Origin: Callorhinchus milii
Taxonomy: Eukaryota
Length of the DNA: 64,000 nt
Direction: 5' to 3'
NCBI RefSeq assembly: GCF_018977255.1
Contig: NW_024704742.1
Location: forward strand, 97,094,001 to 97,158,000
Of the stretch, positions 40,231 through 52,774 are shown piece after piece. The notes beneath the pieces are model-generated. The model saw nothing but the letters and a program-made list of their open reading frames with translations, was not told the origin of the DNA and did no database searches. The first letter of the stretch is position 1. Every line of letters begins with the position of its first letter. A program made the translations under genes and the position numbers.

Positions 40231-41299
40231 ATATATATTAATAATCTTTGCGTTTGATATAGTGCCTTATCACATCTTTGAGATGTCTCAAAGGACTTTA
40301 CAGAATATACTGTAAAGTGAATTGACTGTATACTTTGTGGGTGAAATGCAGCAGCCGATTGCGCACAACAGTGTTCCACAAAAAAATTGTGGATTGAGTG
40401 ACCAAATTATTATTATTTTTTCTGAAGGGTTTATTGCCCCAGAAAAGCGATACCCCAATCGACTAAGAATCTATATACCCTCATGTTTAAAAGAAGAGTC
40501 CAAGTAACCTAGACAGAGCTTTTGATTTCAATAACTTTCCTTAGTTTAATATAATTTCCACAGCAACCGACGTTTCATTTAAACTCGATTTACAATTAAC
40601 ATTGCAGTGTCCCTTTAATTGTTATTATAGACACATTTATCAAAATAGCTATTTGTGATTAGTGGTTTGTAATTCAACTTTATATTCAAATACAACATTT
40701 AGAACACAACTGTCAATACTCACATGCACTTGAAGCATGATGTACAGGAAGCTGCTGCCAATGTTAATGCATGCATATTACCTTTTAGCTTTTTAGAAGG
40801 CGAGACAGACAGGGATGGAAAAATGGAAAAACATGCTTTTTATTCTTTACTGCAACATCTTCTATGATTATTTAGTTTGCTTTCCACAATACCCCCACCC
40901 TCCCCCACCCTGTTCGAGGTCAGAAAGGAAAGGCTAACTGCAAAATGCAAAATATACAATATATTATTACGTAAACCAAAATGATTAAATCATTAATCAC
41001 TGTTAGATGTATTCAATATTCAATGTTTTACACTGCAATTATATTTTAGACTTGATTTGCAGTGCAAAGATCCATATTTTAGATTGGCCTGAGTCCTTGT
41101 AGATTGCAGCCAGGAAGAGGGTGTATTGTCACACAATGGCTTAAGAATGCACAAGCTAAAATATTGAAAATTCTTGAAAAACAAAGGTGTCAATGCAGTA
41201 CTAGAAGAAAAAATAATTTTACAAAAGACATGGGATCAACCCCAACAAGTCATGCAATATTGAATGCAAAGAATTCTGCAAATTCTGTACCTTGGGATA

Positions 41300-42110
41300 T
41301 TTAAAATAGCACAAGATCTGTTTTGAATGAAGAATGCTTTTCAGCCCATTTGATCTCATCCTTCCAGAATACTTACACTAGCATCCTCCCATCACAGCAT
41401 CATGTTGTTTTTTCAATAAGTGAAGTGCACTGGAATACCTGACCTCATTTTTCCTTCTTGGTAAACTGTTTCAGTCATTAATTACCCTCTGGGTACAGAA
41501 ATACTTGGTGTCTGTCCTGAAACTGCCATTTCCTACCCTGAATCTGTGCCCATGTTTTGCTGCCATATCTTTGCATAACTGAAAGTATTGTTTGGGGTTT
41601 ATTTTCCCAAACCCATTTAACATCTTAAAATACCTCTATGAGTTTCCCTCTGAGACATCTGTTTTCAAGGCTGAAGAATCTTAACTTGTCTAATCATTGC
41701 TCATTCCTCTAACACTGATGATTATTCTTGCATCATCAGTTTGTGATGTCACATAGCTCCCTCAGCAATTTGGGATGTCAACTTGTTAAAAACATCTATG
41801 AAGTTGGTCAGAGATCTCCTCTTCTGTGGTTTAGACTTATTGCTTAGATTATTTTATTCTAATAATCTTCCATTTTCTTTCTGATGATTGAGTTCATCAG
41901 TTTTTAAAACTATTGAGGTCAGACTAATGGGTCTGTAGTTGACAGGTATGGCCCCTATCAACCTTTCGTGAACATGGGAACCACATTTACTTGCTTCCAA
42001 TTTGTTGGAACTTCACTAATTGTGATCAACTGCCTCATAATGTCTAACAGTGCTTCACAAATCACAATTTCAGCCTCTTGGGCCTATCTAGACACTCAGT
42101 TGCATTTATG
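41300..42110 (-). mobile_element. Old degraded CR1 fragments
   Basis: residual NYRPISLT on - at about 41915-41940 and CR1-like 3' sequence. Confidence 0.55.
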
Positions 42111-42125
42111 TAAAAAGTCCTGGAG

Positions 42126-42222
42126 TTTAAACAATGGGCAGCATTATGAATTTAAACATTATGGGCATTTAAACATTATGTTTAAATTAAACATTAAACA
42201 GCATTTAAACATTATGGGCAGC
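42126..42222. repeat. Degenerate minisatellite of tttaaacattatg(ggc) units
   Basis: about 5 imperfect copies. Confidence 0.8.
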
Positions 42223-43025
42223 AGCTTTTTAAGTGTCCTATCTGGTAGAAAAAAAACCTCCAGGAAGTAGTTATTTAATATCACGTGCTGCAAATTGTTC
42301 ATTTTCAGGCATTGAGTCTGCGGAAATGCAGTTATGTTTTAAGGTCCATTTTATATATAATGCACGCAGCAAGTAAAATTAAATCTAAAAGATCAGTTTG
42401 TAACATGTTAAAATAACAACTGGACCTACTAACAACAGTCTTCAAGAAGGATGAAATCTTTGTACTAAAAAACCAACTAAATAAATTACTGATCAGTAAT
42501 GAATTTTGAAAGATTGTACTCTTCCAAGAGCTAAAACCATCTAAATATTAAGGGGGGGAAAAGCAGTCACAACTTTGTTTGGTTTAATTAAACTAATATT
42601 TTAGTTTTAGGAGGGAAAGTAGCATTTCCTAAGGGTTCAAGTGGCTCCAAGGAGATGTCTGGGGAAGACAAGATGTGTAAATTGTTGAGATCAACCATTT
42701 TTTCTGACTCATCACTGAGTTTAGGAAATGGGTCCTCAACCCTGCAAACAAGTAGGGCATTCCAAGGTAGGCAAATAACATGACATTTACTAGCACATCA
42801 TGTTGGTAAAATTGACAATTACCTACCTTAGACAGTAAAAATACAGTTACTGAATCATACCTCAATATCTATCCAGGTATTTAAAATTATTTATAAAAGC
42901 CACATTGTGCAGGCTTTAATTTATCAATTATTATTATGAATAAAAAGCAACAATGCAGAAATGCAAAAGGGAAGATTGAAGCAGTCCAATGAGTGACATG
43001 AACAGAACAGAAATTAGACAAAGCT

Positions 43026-43031
43026 TTTATT
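43026..43031 (-). terminator. Intronic poly(A) signal for the putative VPS13A alternative terminal exon
   Basis: AATAAA on - with upstream TGTA and downstream ttgtctaatttctgttctgttcatgtc GT-rich element. Confidence 0.5.
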
Positions 43032-43417
43032 ACATAACCTTCACAATTGTACATTTACCTGGAGTTCCTTATGCAAAGCAGAGATGAAATACAAGTTTCA
43101 TGAGCAACACATAACACTGAATTCAAAACAGCAATGGAAGACACAAGAATGATCTAAATTAAAAATGCATAGATGGGAGTAAACAAAAACTAGCAAAACA
43201 AAATTAATAAGTTCTATTCCTGCACTAAAATTATTTTCTGCAATATTTTCTTCTTTTCCTACATGTGATTTGTGCAACTTTTTAAAATTGAAAATATTCA
43301 AGAAAACTGATACCTTGTCTGTTGCTCTTTCTATGCCTATATATTTCCCAGTTTGGAACCTTGCAACTGAACAAAATCACAGAATGGTAGGACACTGCTA
43401 GGCAGTTTTATCGATGG

Positions 43418-43540
43418 CTAAGGCGGCAGATAATAGGAGCTATCATGAATGCATGCATTGGTGATAAGCAGCAATTTCATCAGATTAATCATCATCAACA
43501 CTACTGTCAACATAATCCTTTCTTTGCAGGCACTTCCATT
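43418..43540 (-). CDS. VPS13A: Putative alternative terminal exon of VPS13A (exon 69 / isoform-B-like), coding part
   Basis: branch-like aactaac, pyrimidine tract and ttgcag acceptor; NGSACKERIMLTVVLMMINLMKLLLITNACIHDSSYYLPP*; a shifted frame reads DSSVDDD*. Confidence 0.55.
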   Translation of the reverse strand, partial: NGSACKERIMLTVVLMMINLMKLLLITNACIHDSSYYLPP

Positions 43541-43747
43541 CTGCAAGCATGGTAAAGAGGGAAAGAAGATAGCTGGTTAGTTTTATTGCACCTTTGTGTG
43601 CAACCTTTCTTGAAAAAAGCAAGAAAAAGAATGCTGGTATCAATTTATAGACATTAATGATTAATAAATAAACAGTAAGCAGAGGTGAAACTTGCATGCT
43701 CAAAATTAAAACAGTACACTTATAATTATCAACTATAAATGAATCAC

Positions 43748-43862
43748 CTGCAACATTTGACTGCCAACTCCTTCTCTCAACCTATATGGTCTAATGACTC
43801 CGTCTTCATGAATAAATCTAGGGGGTCGAAGGCTCTGAGCATCTTCAGATGTTTCTGTAGCT
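43748..43862 (-). CDS. VPS13A: VPS13A exon 68 equivalent (115 nt)
   Basis: (R)ATETSEDAQSLRPPRFIHEDGVIRPYRLREGVGSQMLQ, RPPR motif. Confidence 0.96.
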
Positions 43863-45194
43863 CTGTCAAAATAATATTTTTTTAGACAATTGATGCAATT
43901 TAATCATTTGCAACAATTACATTGAAAATAAGAAATAAGATGATTTATAAAGAGTTTCACTTCAAAATGCCATCCAGTTCAGCTGGTACTTTAGAAACAA
44001 ACACTGCCTTCTAAATGAATGTCAAACTCTAATCATTTAACTAACAAGTTCAGCTTTTTCATACAGATAAATATTTGAGAAGTTTGGTTATCGATTCTGA
44101 ACCCAACCAATCATTTTCTTTGCTTTTCAATGGATCTGGCAGAACTGAAGTCAATTGATTTTCCTCTCAGGAGGAAAAAGTAATGGGATAAATGACAGAT
44201 GTTTGAGTCAGAGGTCCAGGAGTACTTTACCTGCCTCACCTTCTCAATTGAATAGTGAGTAATTACAGGAGAAGTAACATGGTATAATATGCCTACAAGC
44301 AATATCTCTATGGTTTCTAATTTGATAAATGCTGTTATGATTTATGCGATAAATTTTGCTAATGGAAAATTTAGTAGTTTGTACACACATTTCGGTACAG
44401 AAAAAGTCTGATAGTAATCCAAACATTTTCATATTGCAAATATTTGTACTGCTACTACAGAGTGATGTCTATTGTTTTACTTGTTCACCCTTCATTTCAT
44501 TTAATTCATACAAATCCATGCAAATTCAATATTCCGCTCTTTCATGTAAATACATTTTCAGCCATACCCCTACACTGTATCAACAGATACATTTATCCTA
44601 TAACATAATAATTATTACTCATATCACTAATACATTAGACTTTACTTTAAATACATTATGTATTCAGGAATAAAATAATAAATTCAGAATCTTATTTTGT
44701 TTAGCCTACATGGTGGAAAATAGTCTAAAATGTTCTCCCAATATGGCAACAAATCCCTTCTTCACCCAACCTAAATGTCTCTGTCTGGACATCTTCTAAA
44801 ATATGCTTACTTTCCAATGCTAATAGCATTATATCTGTGTACAATTTTGGTCACTATATTTCAGAGACTGGAGGACTTTTTCTGCTGGAATAAAGAAGGT
44901 TGAGGGATGACCTGGCAGAGATCTTTAGAATTATGAGAGGGTTTTTGATAGACAATAGGGAGAATTCATATTTACTGGTCGGTGAATCAGTCAACAACAA
45001 CAACAACTTGCACTTATATAGCGCCCTCCACACGGGGTAGCGCCTCAGAGTACTAAACAATGGCAGAACCTGACTCCGGGGTGGGGGGAAGTGGCTGTAA
45101 GCATGGTCGAAGAGGAAGGTAGGAAATAGTACCAGAGTAACTTCTAAACAAAAATCTGTCAATTAATTTTCATTCGTTCTTGTTCATATTTTAC

Positions 45195-45318
45195 CTTTTT
45201 ATGCCTTGGAAAGTACTATTGGCCATGTCTATAATGCCACCAGTCGGTCTTGCTATGGCTCCAACCAAACCCTTACCCATCCCTTTGAAGAAACCGACTG
45301 CACCTTCCCTTTGAGCAC
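45195..45318 (-). CDS. VPS13A: VPS13A exon 67 equivalent (124 nt), ATG2_C region
   Basis: GAQREGAVGFFKGMGKGLVGAIARPTGGIIDMANSTFQGIK(R). Confidence 0.97.
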
Positions 45319-45522
45319 CTGCAGAATCCAAATAAAATAATTTAAATATTTACTTTTAACCTAACTTTAAAAAAAGCTTGCTGTCTGTGAATAAAAAATA
45401 TGCAATGTTAGAATTGCAGTAACGTTATCCTTCCCCACAAAAAACAGAAAATCTGCCTGCACCTTAGGTTCAGGGGTGCCTTATGTTCAAATGGATATAG
45501 TACATTCCAATATTTTGCCTAC

Positions 45523-45568
45523 CTTCAATAGGTTTTGTCACTATTCCAGTGATTCCACTTACAAAACC
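45523..45568 (-). CDS. VPS13A: VPS13A exon 66 equivalent (46 nt)
   Basis: GFVSGITGIVTKPIE. Confidence 0.95.
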
Positions 45569-45829
45569 CTACAAAGAGAAAAAAAAATCACAACCACATA
45601 TACATATCACCTGCCTTCAACATTATATACTGCTCAATACCCATCTCTGAAATAATCCATACTATTGCACTTTATTGTACAATAAAGTATTGTACTTGTA
45701 CTCAATTGTACTTTGAGAAGTAACTGGCAAAAAAAAGATTTAATTTCAACAAGTTAATATTTTACAGTTTCAACTTCAATGTATAGATGTACTAGAGACC
45801 ATAATATGGGAAGGAGTTTGTGAACACTT

Positions 45830-46060
45830 GGAAAGAGGGAGATTCATCATTGATTTGTAAAGAACTTGACTAATTTAATTAATTTATTTTCAGCAATTCA
45901 CTAAGTGAATAGATGATGTAAATCCTGCTGATTTAATTTATATGGATTTTGAGAAGGCATTTAATAAGGTGGCACAAAAGAGGCTAGTTTAAAAAATGAA
46001 ACCATGTAGAATTCAAAGCATTCCTGTGGCACACATACAAGGGTGACTGAGAGATGAGTT
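45830..46060 (+). mobile_element. CR1 RT fragment
   Basis: IYMDFEKAFNKVAQKRL peptide (CR1 DFxKAFDKV motif). Confidence 0.7.
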
Positions 46061-46387
46061 AAATTGATTTTCTCAGATTAGCTAGAACTAGTTATTTATG
46101 TTTTACAGGAATGTGAGGTACGACATGTAGTTTTCAAGAGTCAAATGCGAAGAATCAGGGTCTCCAGGAACACATCCACGTCTCAAGGACCCATTGGAAG
46201 TCAGGCAAGCTCGTCTATCATCAATGATTTGGAACAGTGCAGCAGTACATGGTTGTAATGGATTATTGATACAGAATGGAGTGGTGACCGTAGTGTCGCT
46301 TGTCAAAGCATATCTTCCTAATTACATATTCGCTTAACCTAGTTGATTGGACGAAAACTCGCAATTTACTAATTTAGCTAATCCTAC

Positions 46388-46551
46388 CGAGACCAAGCCT
46401 CTTCCTCCACGGGTAATGCCTTCTGTAAAGCCACTTGGCTGTTTGTTCATTGCCTCTCTACGCCTCTGTTGGTACTCCTCATCCATGGTTATTGCTGCAA
46501 CACCTTTTGCCATGGCACCAGTTATTCTGGATGCAGCACCTGCAAAACCTC
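46388..46551 (-). CDS. VPS13A: VPS13A exon 65 equivalent (164 nt)
   Basis: GGFAGAASRITGAMAKGVAAITMDEEYQQRRREAMNKQPSGFTEGITRGGRGLVS. Confidence 0.97.
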
Positions 46552-46740
46552 CTACAGAGAGAATTTAGAATGAATTTCACTAAAAATCATCACACAATAG
46601 AAGCAGTTTAGTTTTCTATTAGGCTCTTGGATATTCCTCACTTTTCATATCTACACTAAAATAATAACGGTAAAAGATACAATAACTTAAGCACTCAAGA
46701 AAAATCAAAAGCAGGGTTAATCATGAATTGCTGACTTGAA

Positions 46741-47040
46741 AATAATACTAATAATCCTTGCATTTGATATAGAGCTTATCCCGTTTTCTAGATGTCTCAA
46801 AGCGCTTCACAGAATATACTGTAAAGTGAATTGACGGTATATTTCTGGGCAAATTGCGCACAGCAGTGTCCCACAAACAGTTGTGGATTGAAGTGACCAA
46901 TTTATTATTTTTTTTCTTGAGGGATTATTATCAGGTGTGTGGAGTAAGGAAACGTGCCCAAGGTTTCGCCCTGCCGGGAATTGAACCTGGGTCTCTCGCT
47001 TGTGAGGCGAGTGCTCTAACCACTGAGCTACAGGTCTCCA
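46741..47040 (-). mobile_element. Same SINE, short variant, full length
   Basis: reverse-complement match to 9075-9393. Confidence 0.88.
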
Positions 47041-47237
47041 ATATGATTATTTTTTGAAAATTCAAAAAAACAGATCATTTGATCACCAAGGTGTCATTTA
47101 GCCAAGATAAATAGACAGTGCAGCATAAATAAGTAAATCAGGTAAGACAATATTTTGCTCAACATGGAACAAACCCTTACTTTAATAACATGAAGTATGG
47201 AACCCATCAAGCTGGCATCTTTCAAAATAATTTGTAT

Positions 47238-48098
47238 TGTTGATTGGTTCGCGTCAGCGCCTCCGCACCTCAGGCACTGACAGCATCAGCATCCAAGGCT
47301 GCACTCTTCACCTCTCAAAGCCAGTCAGGAACATCGGCGTTCTGTTCGACCCTGAGCTGTCCTTTCTTCCCCACATCCGTGCCACAACTGGCACCGCTTT
47401 CCACCACCTCCGGAACATCGCCAGACTATGGCACTACCTCACCCCTCACGCTGCTGAAACCCTGGTCCACGTCTTTATCACCTCAAGACTGGACTATGGG
47501 AACTCTCTCCTCGTCGGCCTTCCCGGCACCTCCCTCCACAAGCTGCAGGTCATTCAGAACTCTGCAGCTCGTGTACTGTCCCGCACCAGGCTTCGGGACC
47601 GCATCACTCCCATCCTCACTCCCACCCTCGCTCGCCTCCACTGGCTCCCCATCCCCCAGAGGATCGAATTCAAGATTCTCATCCTCACCAACAAGGCCAT
47701 TCACGGCCTTGCTCCCTCCTACCTCTCCGACCGACCATCCCCCTACCTACCTGCCCATACCATTCGTTCCTCTGGCTCCGGTCTGCTCCACATCCCCCGC
47801 CCCAACCGCCCTACCATCGGTGGCCGGGCCTTCAGCCTCTCAGCCCCTAGGCTCTGGATCTCCATCCCCCAGTGCCTTCGCCTTGCCTCCTCCCTTTCCT
47901 CCTTCAGGGACGGTTTCAAGACCTTTCTCTTCAACCGTGCCTTCACCTCCCCTCTCGACTCTCTACCCCCTCCTCCCTTCTCTCCCCTCACCCTGACCAT
48001 TTCCACCTGCTCGGGTCCCGACCCAACTGTCCAGCGCCTTGGGACGTCCTCCCGATGTGAAAGGCGCTCTATAAATGCAATCTTGTTGTTGTTGTTGT
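47238..48098 (+). mobile_element. Young 5'-truncated L2 LINE
   Basis: 289-aa open ORF closely matching the 11.4-12.5 kb copy; 12-bp internal duplication (ITPILTPTL); (TTG)n tail. Confidence 0.95.
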
Positions 48099-48415
48099 AT
48101 TTATGAATTTTCTACAATTATTTTACCTTCTAAGGTAGGTGAGAAACTGCATAAAAGGGACATCAGTTTAATATGATTTAACAAGACTGTTAGCACGTCA
48201 CATATGAGAATGCTATGGCACTAATATTGTTAGAACTACAATGTTCAATTGCTCTTTTATCATCTCTAAAGTTATTCCTGTTCTTAACTGGTATTCCCAT
48301 ATTTCCCTTTTAAGGAAAAATATAACAACAGTAATCCTTGCATTTGACATAGCGCCTTACCACATCTTTGAGACGCCTCAAAGCGCTTCATAGAATATAC
48401 TGTAAAGTGAATTGA

Positions 48416-49433
48416 CGATACTAAGCTGGAGGGAGGTGTGTAGGATGTCCCTCAGGAGTCGTTATTGGGACTACTGTTCTTTCTGATCTATGTTAATGAT
48501 CTGGACCTGGATATAGGGAGCATAATTTCCAAATTTGCAGACGACACTAAACTAGGAAAAGTAGTTAATGGTGAGGAAGATGGCACCAGACTCCAAGAGG
48601 ACTTAGACAAATCGGTAAAATGGGCAGAAACGTGGCAGATGAGATTTATTGTGGAGAAATGCAAAATGTTGCATTTTGGTAGGAAGAATGAAGAGAGGCA
48701 GTATAAGCTGATGGTACAATATTAAAGAGGGCAAATGAACAGACCTGGGGATCCACATAAGCAAATCTCTGAAGCTGGCAGGACAAGTAGATAAAGCTGT
48801 TAAAAAAGCATACGGGATACTAGGTTTTATAAATAGGGGCATATAATTCAAAAGTCAGGAGGTTATGTTGAATATTTATAAAGCACTGGTTAGGCCTCAG
48901 TTGGAATACTGCATTCAGTTCTGGGCACCGCACTTCAGGAAAGATGTTAGGGCATTGGAGAGTGTGCAAAGGAGGTTTACCAGGATGGTACCAGGAATGA
49001 AGGACATTAGTTATGAAGAGAGGTTAGCGAAACTAGGATTATTCTCCCTAGAACAGAGAAGATTAAGAGGGGATTTAATAGAGGTTTTCAAGATCATGAG
49101 AGGATTTGATAGGTTGAACCGGGAAAAACTGTTTCCACTGGCTGTGGGTCAGTAACCTGAGGACACCAATTTAAGATAGTTGTTAAAAGAAACAGAGGGG
49201 AGGTTAGGAATTTTTTTTAACCCAGCGAGTTGTTCGGATCTGGAATGCATTACCTGAAAGGTTAGTCGAAGCCGATTCAATAACAACTTTTAAGAGAGAA
49301 GTAGATGGATATTTGGGAAGGACAGGATTGCAGGGCTACGGGGAGAAAGTGGAATTGAGTTGGATTGCTCTTTTGGGAGCCGGTGCAAACGTGATGAGCT
49401 GAATGGATTCTTTCTGTGCTCTGTGATTCTATG
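48416..49433 (+). mobile_element. CR1 LINE 3' portion (second subfamily) nested in a SINE
   Basis: SKFADDTKLG and LVRPQLEYCIQFWAP peptides; gattctatga tail. Confidence 0.93.
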
Positions 49434-50105
49434 AATATTACCTCCGGAAAAGCGATCTGCCAATCGACTGATAACTGGGTTCTTACTTACTGCTAGGTAA
49501 ACAGAGGCACGTGGAGTAAGGAAACTTTCCCAACATTTTGCCCTGTTCGGGAATCGATCCCAGGTCCTTTCGCTTGCGAGATGAGTGCTCTAACCACTAA
49601 GTTACAGGACGCCAGGTTAGTATCTTCAGATAATTTGGTTTGCAAATTTTGAATTTCATTTCTCTTGTTTTGTGACCACAATTTTTTACAGATCTATTAG
49701 TCACACTTTTAGTTTTTGAAACACCTTGAACATAAATGTTTTTGAACTTTAAATGTTTTTGACTAAAACCACAATAAATTTGCAGAGTTACTCATCAAAA
49801 CCACTACCCTTATCTGAATTTATTCCAATAGAATAGCTAGACTGAAAAATAACTATCCAATTTGAAGTTTTTGTTTCCAATACTTCATTTCAAATTACAT
49901 TAAGAAAATTGCAGATCCTTTGAAGTGATCACTGCTCAAAGTATTGTAGACTGAGGAGAAATAAATATACTTTAAGGAGTAAGTGTAGAGAAGGCGATTA
50001 GAAAATAGTACTGTGAAGTCCATCTGATCTTTATCAGGGCAAAAAGCTATTCATGAAACTAACAAAAGATCTTAGTTTATTGTCAACAAGAACAGCAATA
50101 CATAC

Positions 50106-50181
50106 CAACAGCACCTCCAACCAATGCTTTTACACCCAATGCCATTCCTTCCACAAATTCTTCAGGACCTTGGATTGCTCC
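50106..50181 (-). CDS. VPS13A: VPS13A exon 64 equivalent (76 nt)
   Basis: GAIQGPEEFVEGMALGVKALVGGAV. Confidence 0.97.
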
Positions 50182-51226
50182 CTGGTGAGAGATTTATTTT
50201 TCAGTCATATAATTATCTGTTTTTTCGCATTAAATTGAACACTATCGCTTAGCTAACAGTATTTGCATGGTTTAAAAATGTGACCAGAAACACCCGAGGG
50301 ATTTGTTGTTTAGTTATTGTATTGTTAGCCAAGCAGTACATGTTGTAAATTCCTAGTCGCATGCAAGGATTTTAGTCGAAAACGCCTTACATACACTCAC
50401 AAAATACAGGTAAATATACTTCACATGTATGTTTACATATATATTTACTTAACAAACATCTACCACCATTCAATGCAAAACTTTGCATTCTTTTTTGTTT
50501 TTGTTTCGTGGGACACAGATGACCCGCCCCAATCTCCATGCAGAAAATGGTTAGATGCTGCTTGTCCTTTGCCATGACATGCCCTATTGGAGCTACTCAT
50601 TACTGCTGGACTTGCTTTCTTCTGCTGGCCTGGAGTGGTTATTCTGATATGGTCAAGCTGACCTTGATTGACAGCTGCCCTCTCCATACAATATTACTGG
50701 TGTTTCCATGGTGCTGAAATCCACGCTTTCACTCGTGTTACCCAACGTTTTAGCAGATAATCAATAAGCAGTAACCAAGGAAATAAAGCAACAATCAAAA
50801 AACACTTGCACACTCTGCTTATCATCTTATCATTTTACCAACAAACACACAAAAAGGTCAAAGTACACATGCAAACGCCGGGCGAATAAGTATTGAGATC
50901 ACATGTACCATGACTGGGTCTATTGCTCATTTTTATTTACTAATCAAAATGCAATTTTGCCACATCTAGATTCCCAAATCACACCTTGTGGTTAGTAGCT
51001 AATGTATTTGACAACCCTGCTATCTAACACTGTTCAAATGGTAAAGACTGAGAAAAACTGACAGCATTATCAAATTGGCATTAGTAGGGTGAACTTTAGG
51101 TGAGTTTCCATTGTAATTTATTGTTCAAATGAACATTCAGGAGAGCAATATATTTTGTAAATTTATTCTTCAGAATCACTTTAAAGCTTTAAGGCCTTCC
51201 TATTGTAATAAAAAAAACAATCTAAC

Positions 51227-51340
51227 CTGATAAGGTTCATAGAAGAAAGCTGTTACACCTTCTGATAAATCTCTGATTAATCCATAAGGATTGCCCAAGA
51301 CATCTAGTCCAAGAAATAGCACGTACAACTGCTTGATTGC
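51227..51340 (-). CDS. VPS13A: VPS13A exon 63 equivalent (114 nt)
   Basis: [42 protein letters not shown] motif. Confidence 0.97.
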
Positions 51341-52051
51341 CTAAGGAGAAAGAACAGTTAAAAACAGCCTTTGACATTTTAGCAGGAATGCTTAAGGTGA
51401 CCTGGTTGCTTCCATGGCAAACCAAATTAAACTAAAAGAAGGGATCTCCTTATTGTTCTTGGTTTAAAAAAATGCTTTATGCCATTTTAACCCAATTAAA
51501 TACTCATTTTAGCTATTTCATTAAATATGTGGTGTCTACTGTGATTGATGTAAATGATGGCATGGAGGAGGGAAGCAGAGAAAATAATACATGAGCTGTT
51601 GATATTCAGGGCCAGAATTTAGTCCAACAGTTCAAACAACAACAAATTACATTTGTACAGCGCCTTTCATGTCGGGAGGACGTCCCAAGGCGCTGAACAG
51701 CTCTGAGATGAAGATGCAAGAAGTAGATCTCTGCTGGTTCAACCAACTATTGTGAAGACAACACAAGAAATACCTCTGCATGTCTAGAAACAAACCTTAG
51801 CAATAGGAGTCCAGCAATCACAGCACCTGCAGGAGCTGAAGAGTTGTGGAAGAAGCAGGAAAGCAGAGCTTGAAGCCAAGAGGATACAGCTACCAGTGGA
51901 ATCTCATCACAGCAATGTTCCTGGAAATTGGTGGAATTCCAACCAACAGTACATGATTTTACCACAACTCTACGTCTGCAGGTGGATGCATCAACCACTG
52001 TCCAGCTCTTCTTACATCACAATTGCACGTCAAGTGTATTTTAGAACTAAC

Positions 52052-52133
52052 CTGTTTAGAATAATGTCGGACAACCTCCTGTTGAAGTTCTTGTGCTGTG
52101 TAAAATTGATTGTTGAGTTCAAAACAAGCAAGC
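52052..52133 (-). CDS. VPS13A: VPS13A exon 62 equivalent (82 nt)
   Basis: LACFELNNQFYTAQELQQEVVRHYSKQ. Confidence 0.96.
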
Positions 52134-52507
52134 CTGTAAAGAATAAATTCATAAATCAATGCATGCTTAATCGGTCTTAAATAAAGAAAATGTGTTTCTT
52201 GACCTATAGGTAACATTACTGATGGTAAAATACAAAGTTTCCTTTGCATGGTGGATCTCCACTAACAAAATACTGCAGTGGGGAAAAAAAACACATTCTA
52301 TAACACTGCTTTAGTTAGCACCTGCTCAGAAATGGATTTAACTAAAATTGTTATGACACAGAAAGTGTATCAGATTTAGGAGAGTTGCAAAGGATAAAAC
52401 ATTGAAACACAGAGTGGTGGACATTACAGCTCCTGATGCACAATTTTGTTTAGTTGGCACTGTAGTCAATTTCAACCTTTACAAAAATATATACGTAACA
52501 TACATAC

Positions 52508-52653
52508 CTGAAGACAAGATCTTGTGCATCAGTGAGAGTTGCTCCAATGCTTTTTAACAAAAGGTTCACAGACTGTAATGGCATCACTTCTGATTTTCCT
52601 TGCTCTTTGGAGGGATCTTCTCCTCCAGCACTGAGAGAAAAACTCAAATGCAA
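52508..52653 (-). CDS. VPS13A: VPS13A exon 61 equivalent (146 nt)
   Basis: LHLSFSLSAGGEDPSKEQGKSEVMPLQSVNLLLKSIGATLTDAQDLVF(R). Confidence 0.96.
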
Positions 52654-52774
52654 CTGCAAAAATGCACAAAACAGTGCAAATCAATTACATTCACACAAAA
52701 CATTTCATTTTGACATTTGATGACATTTTTTTTTACACAAAATATTTAAGTATATTGTGAACTGTTGTTAGTTT

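Noticed and set aside
46100..46330. Exon-like + strand segment after ttttacag (similar segment at 51700-52030)
   Set aside because: No recognisable peptide or convincing donor, so an antisense gene is not supported.
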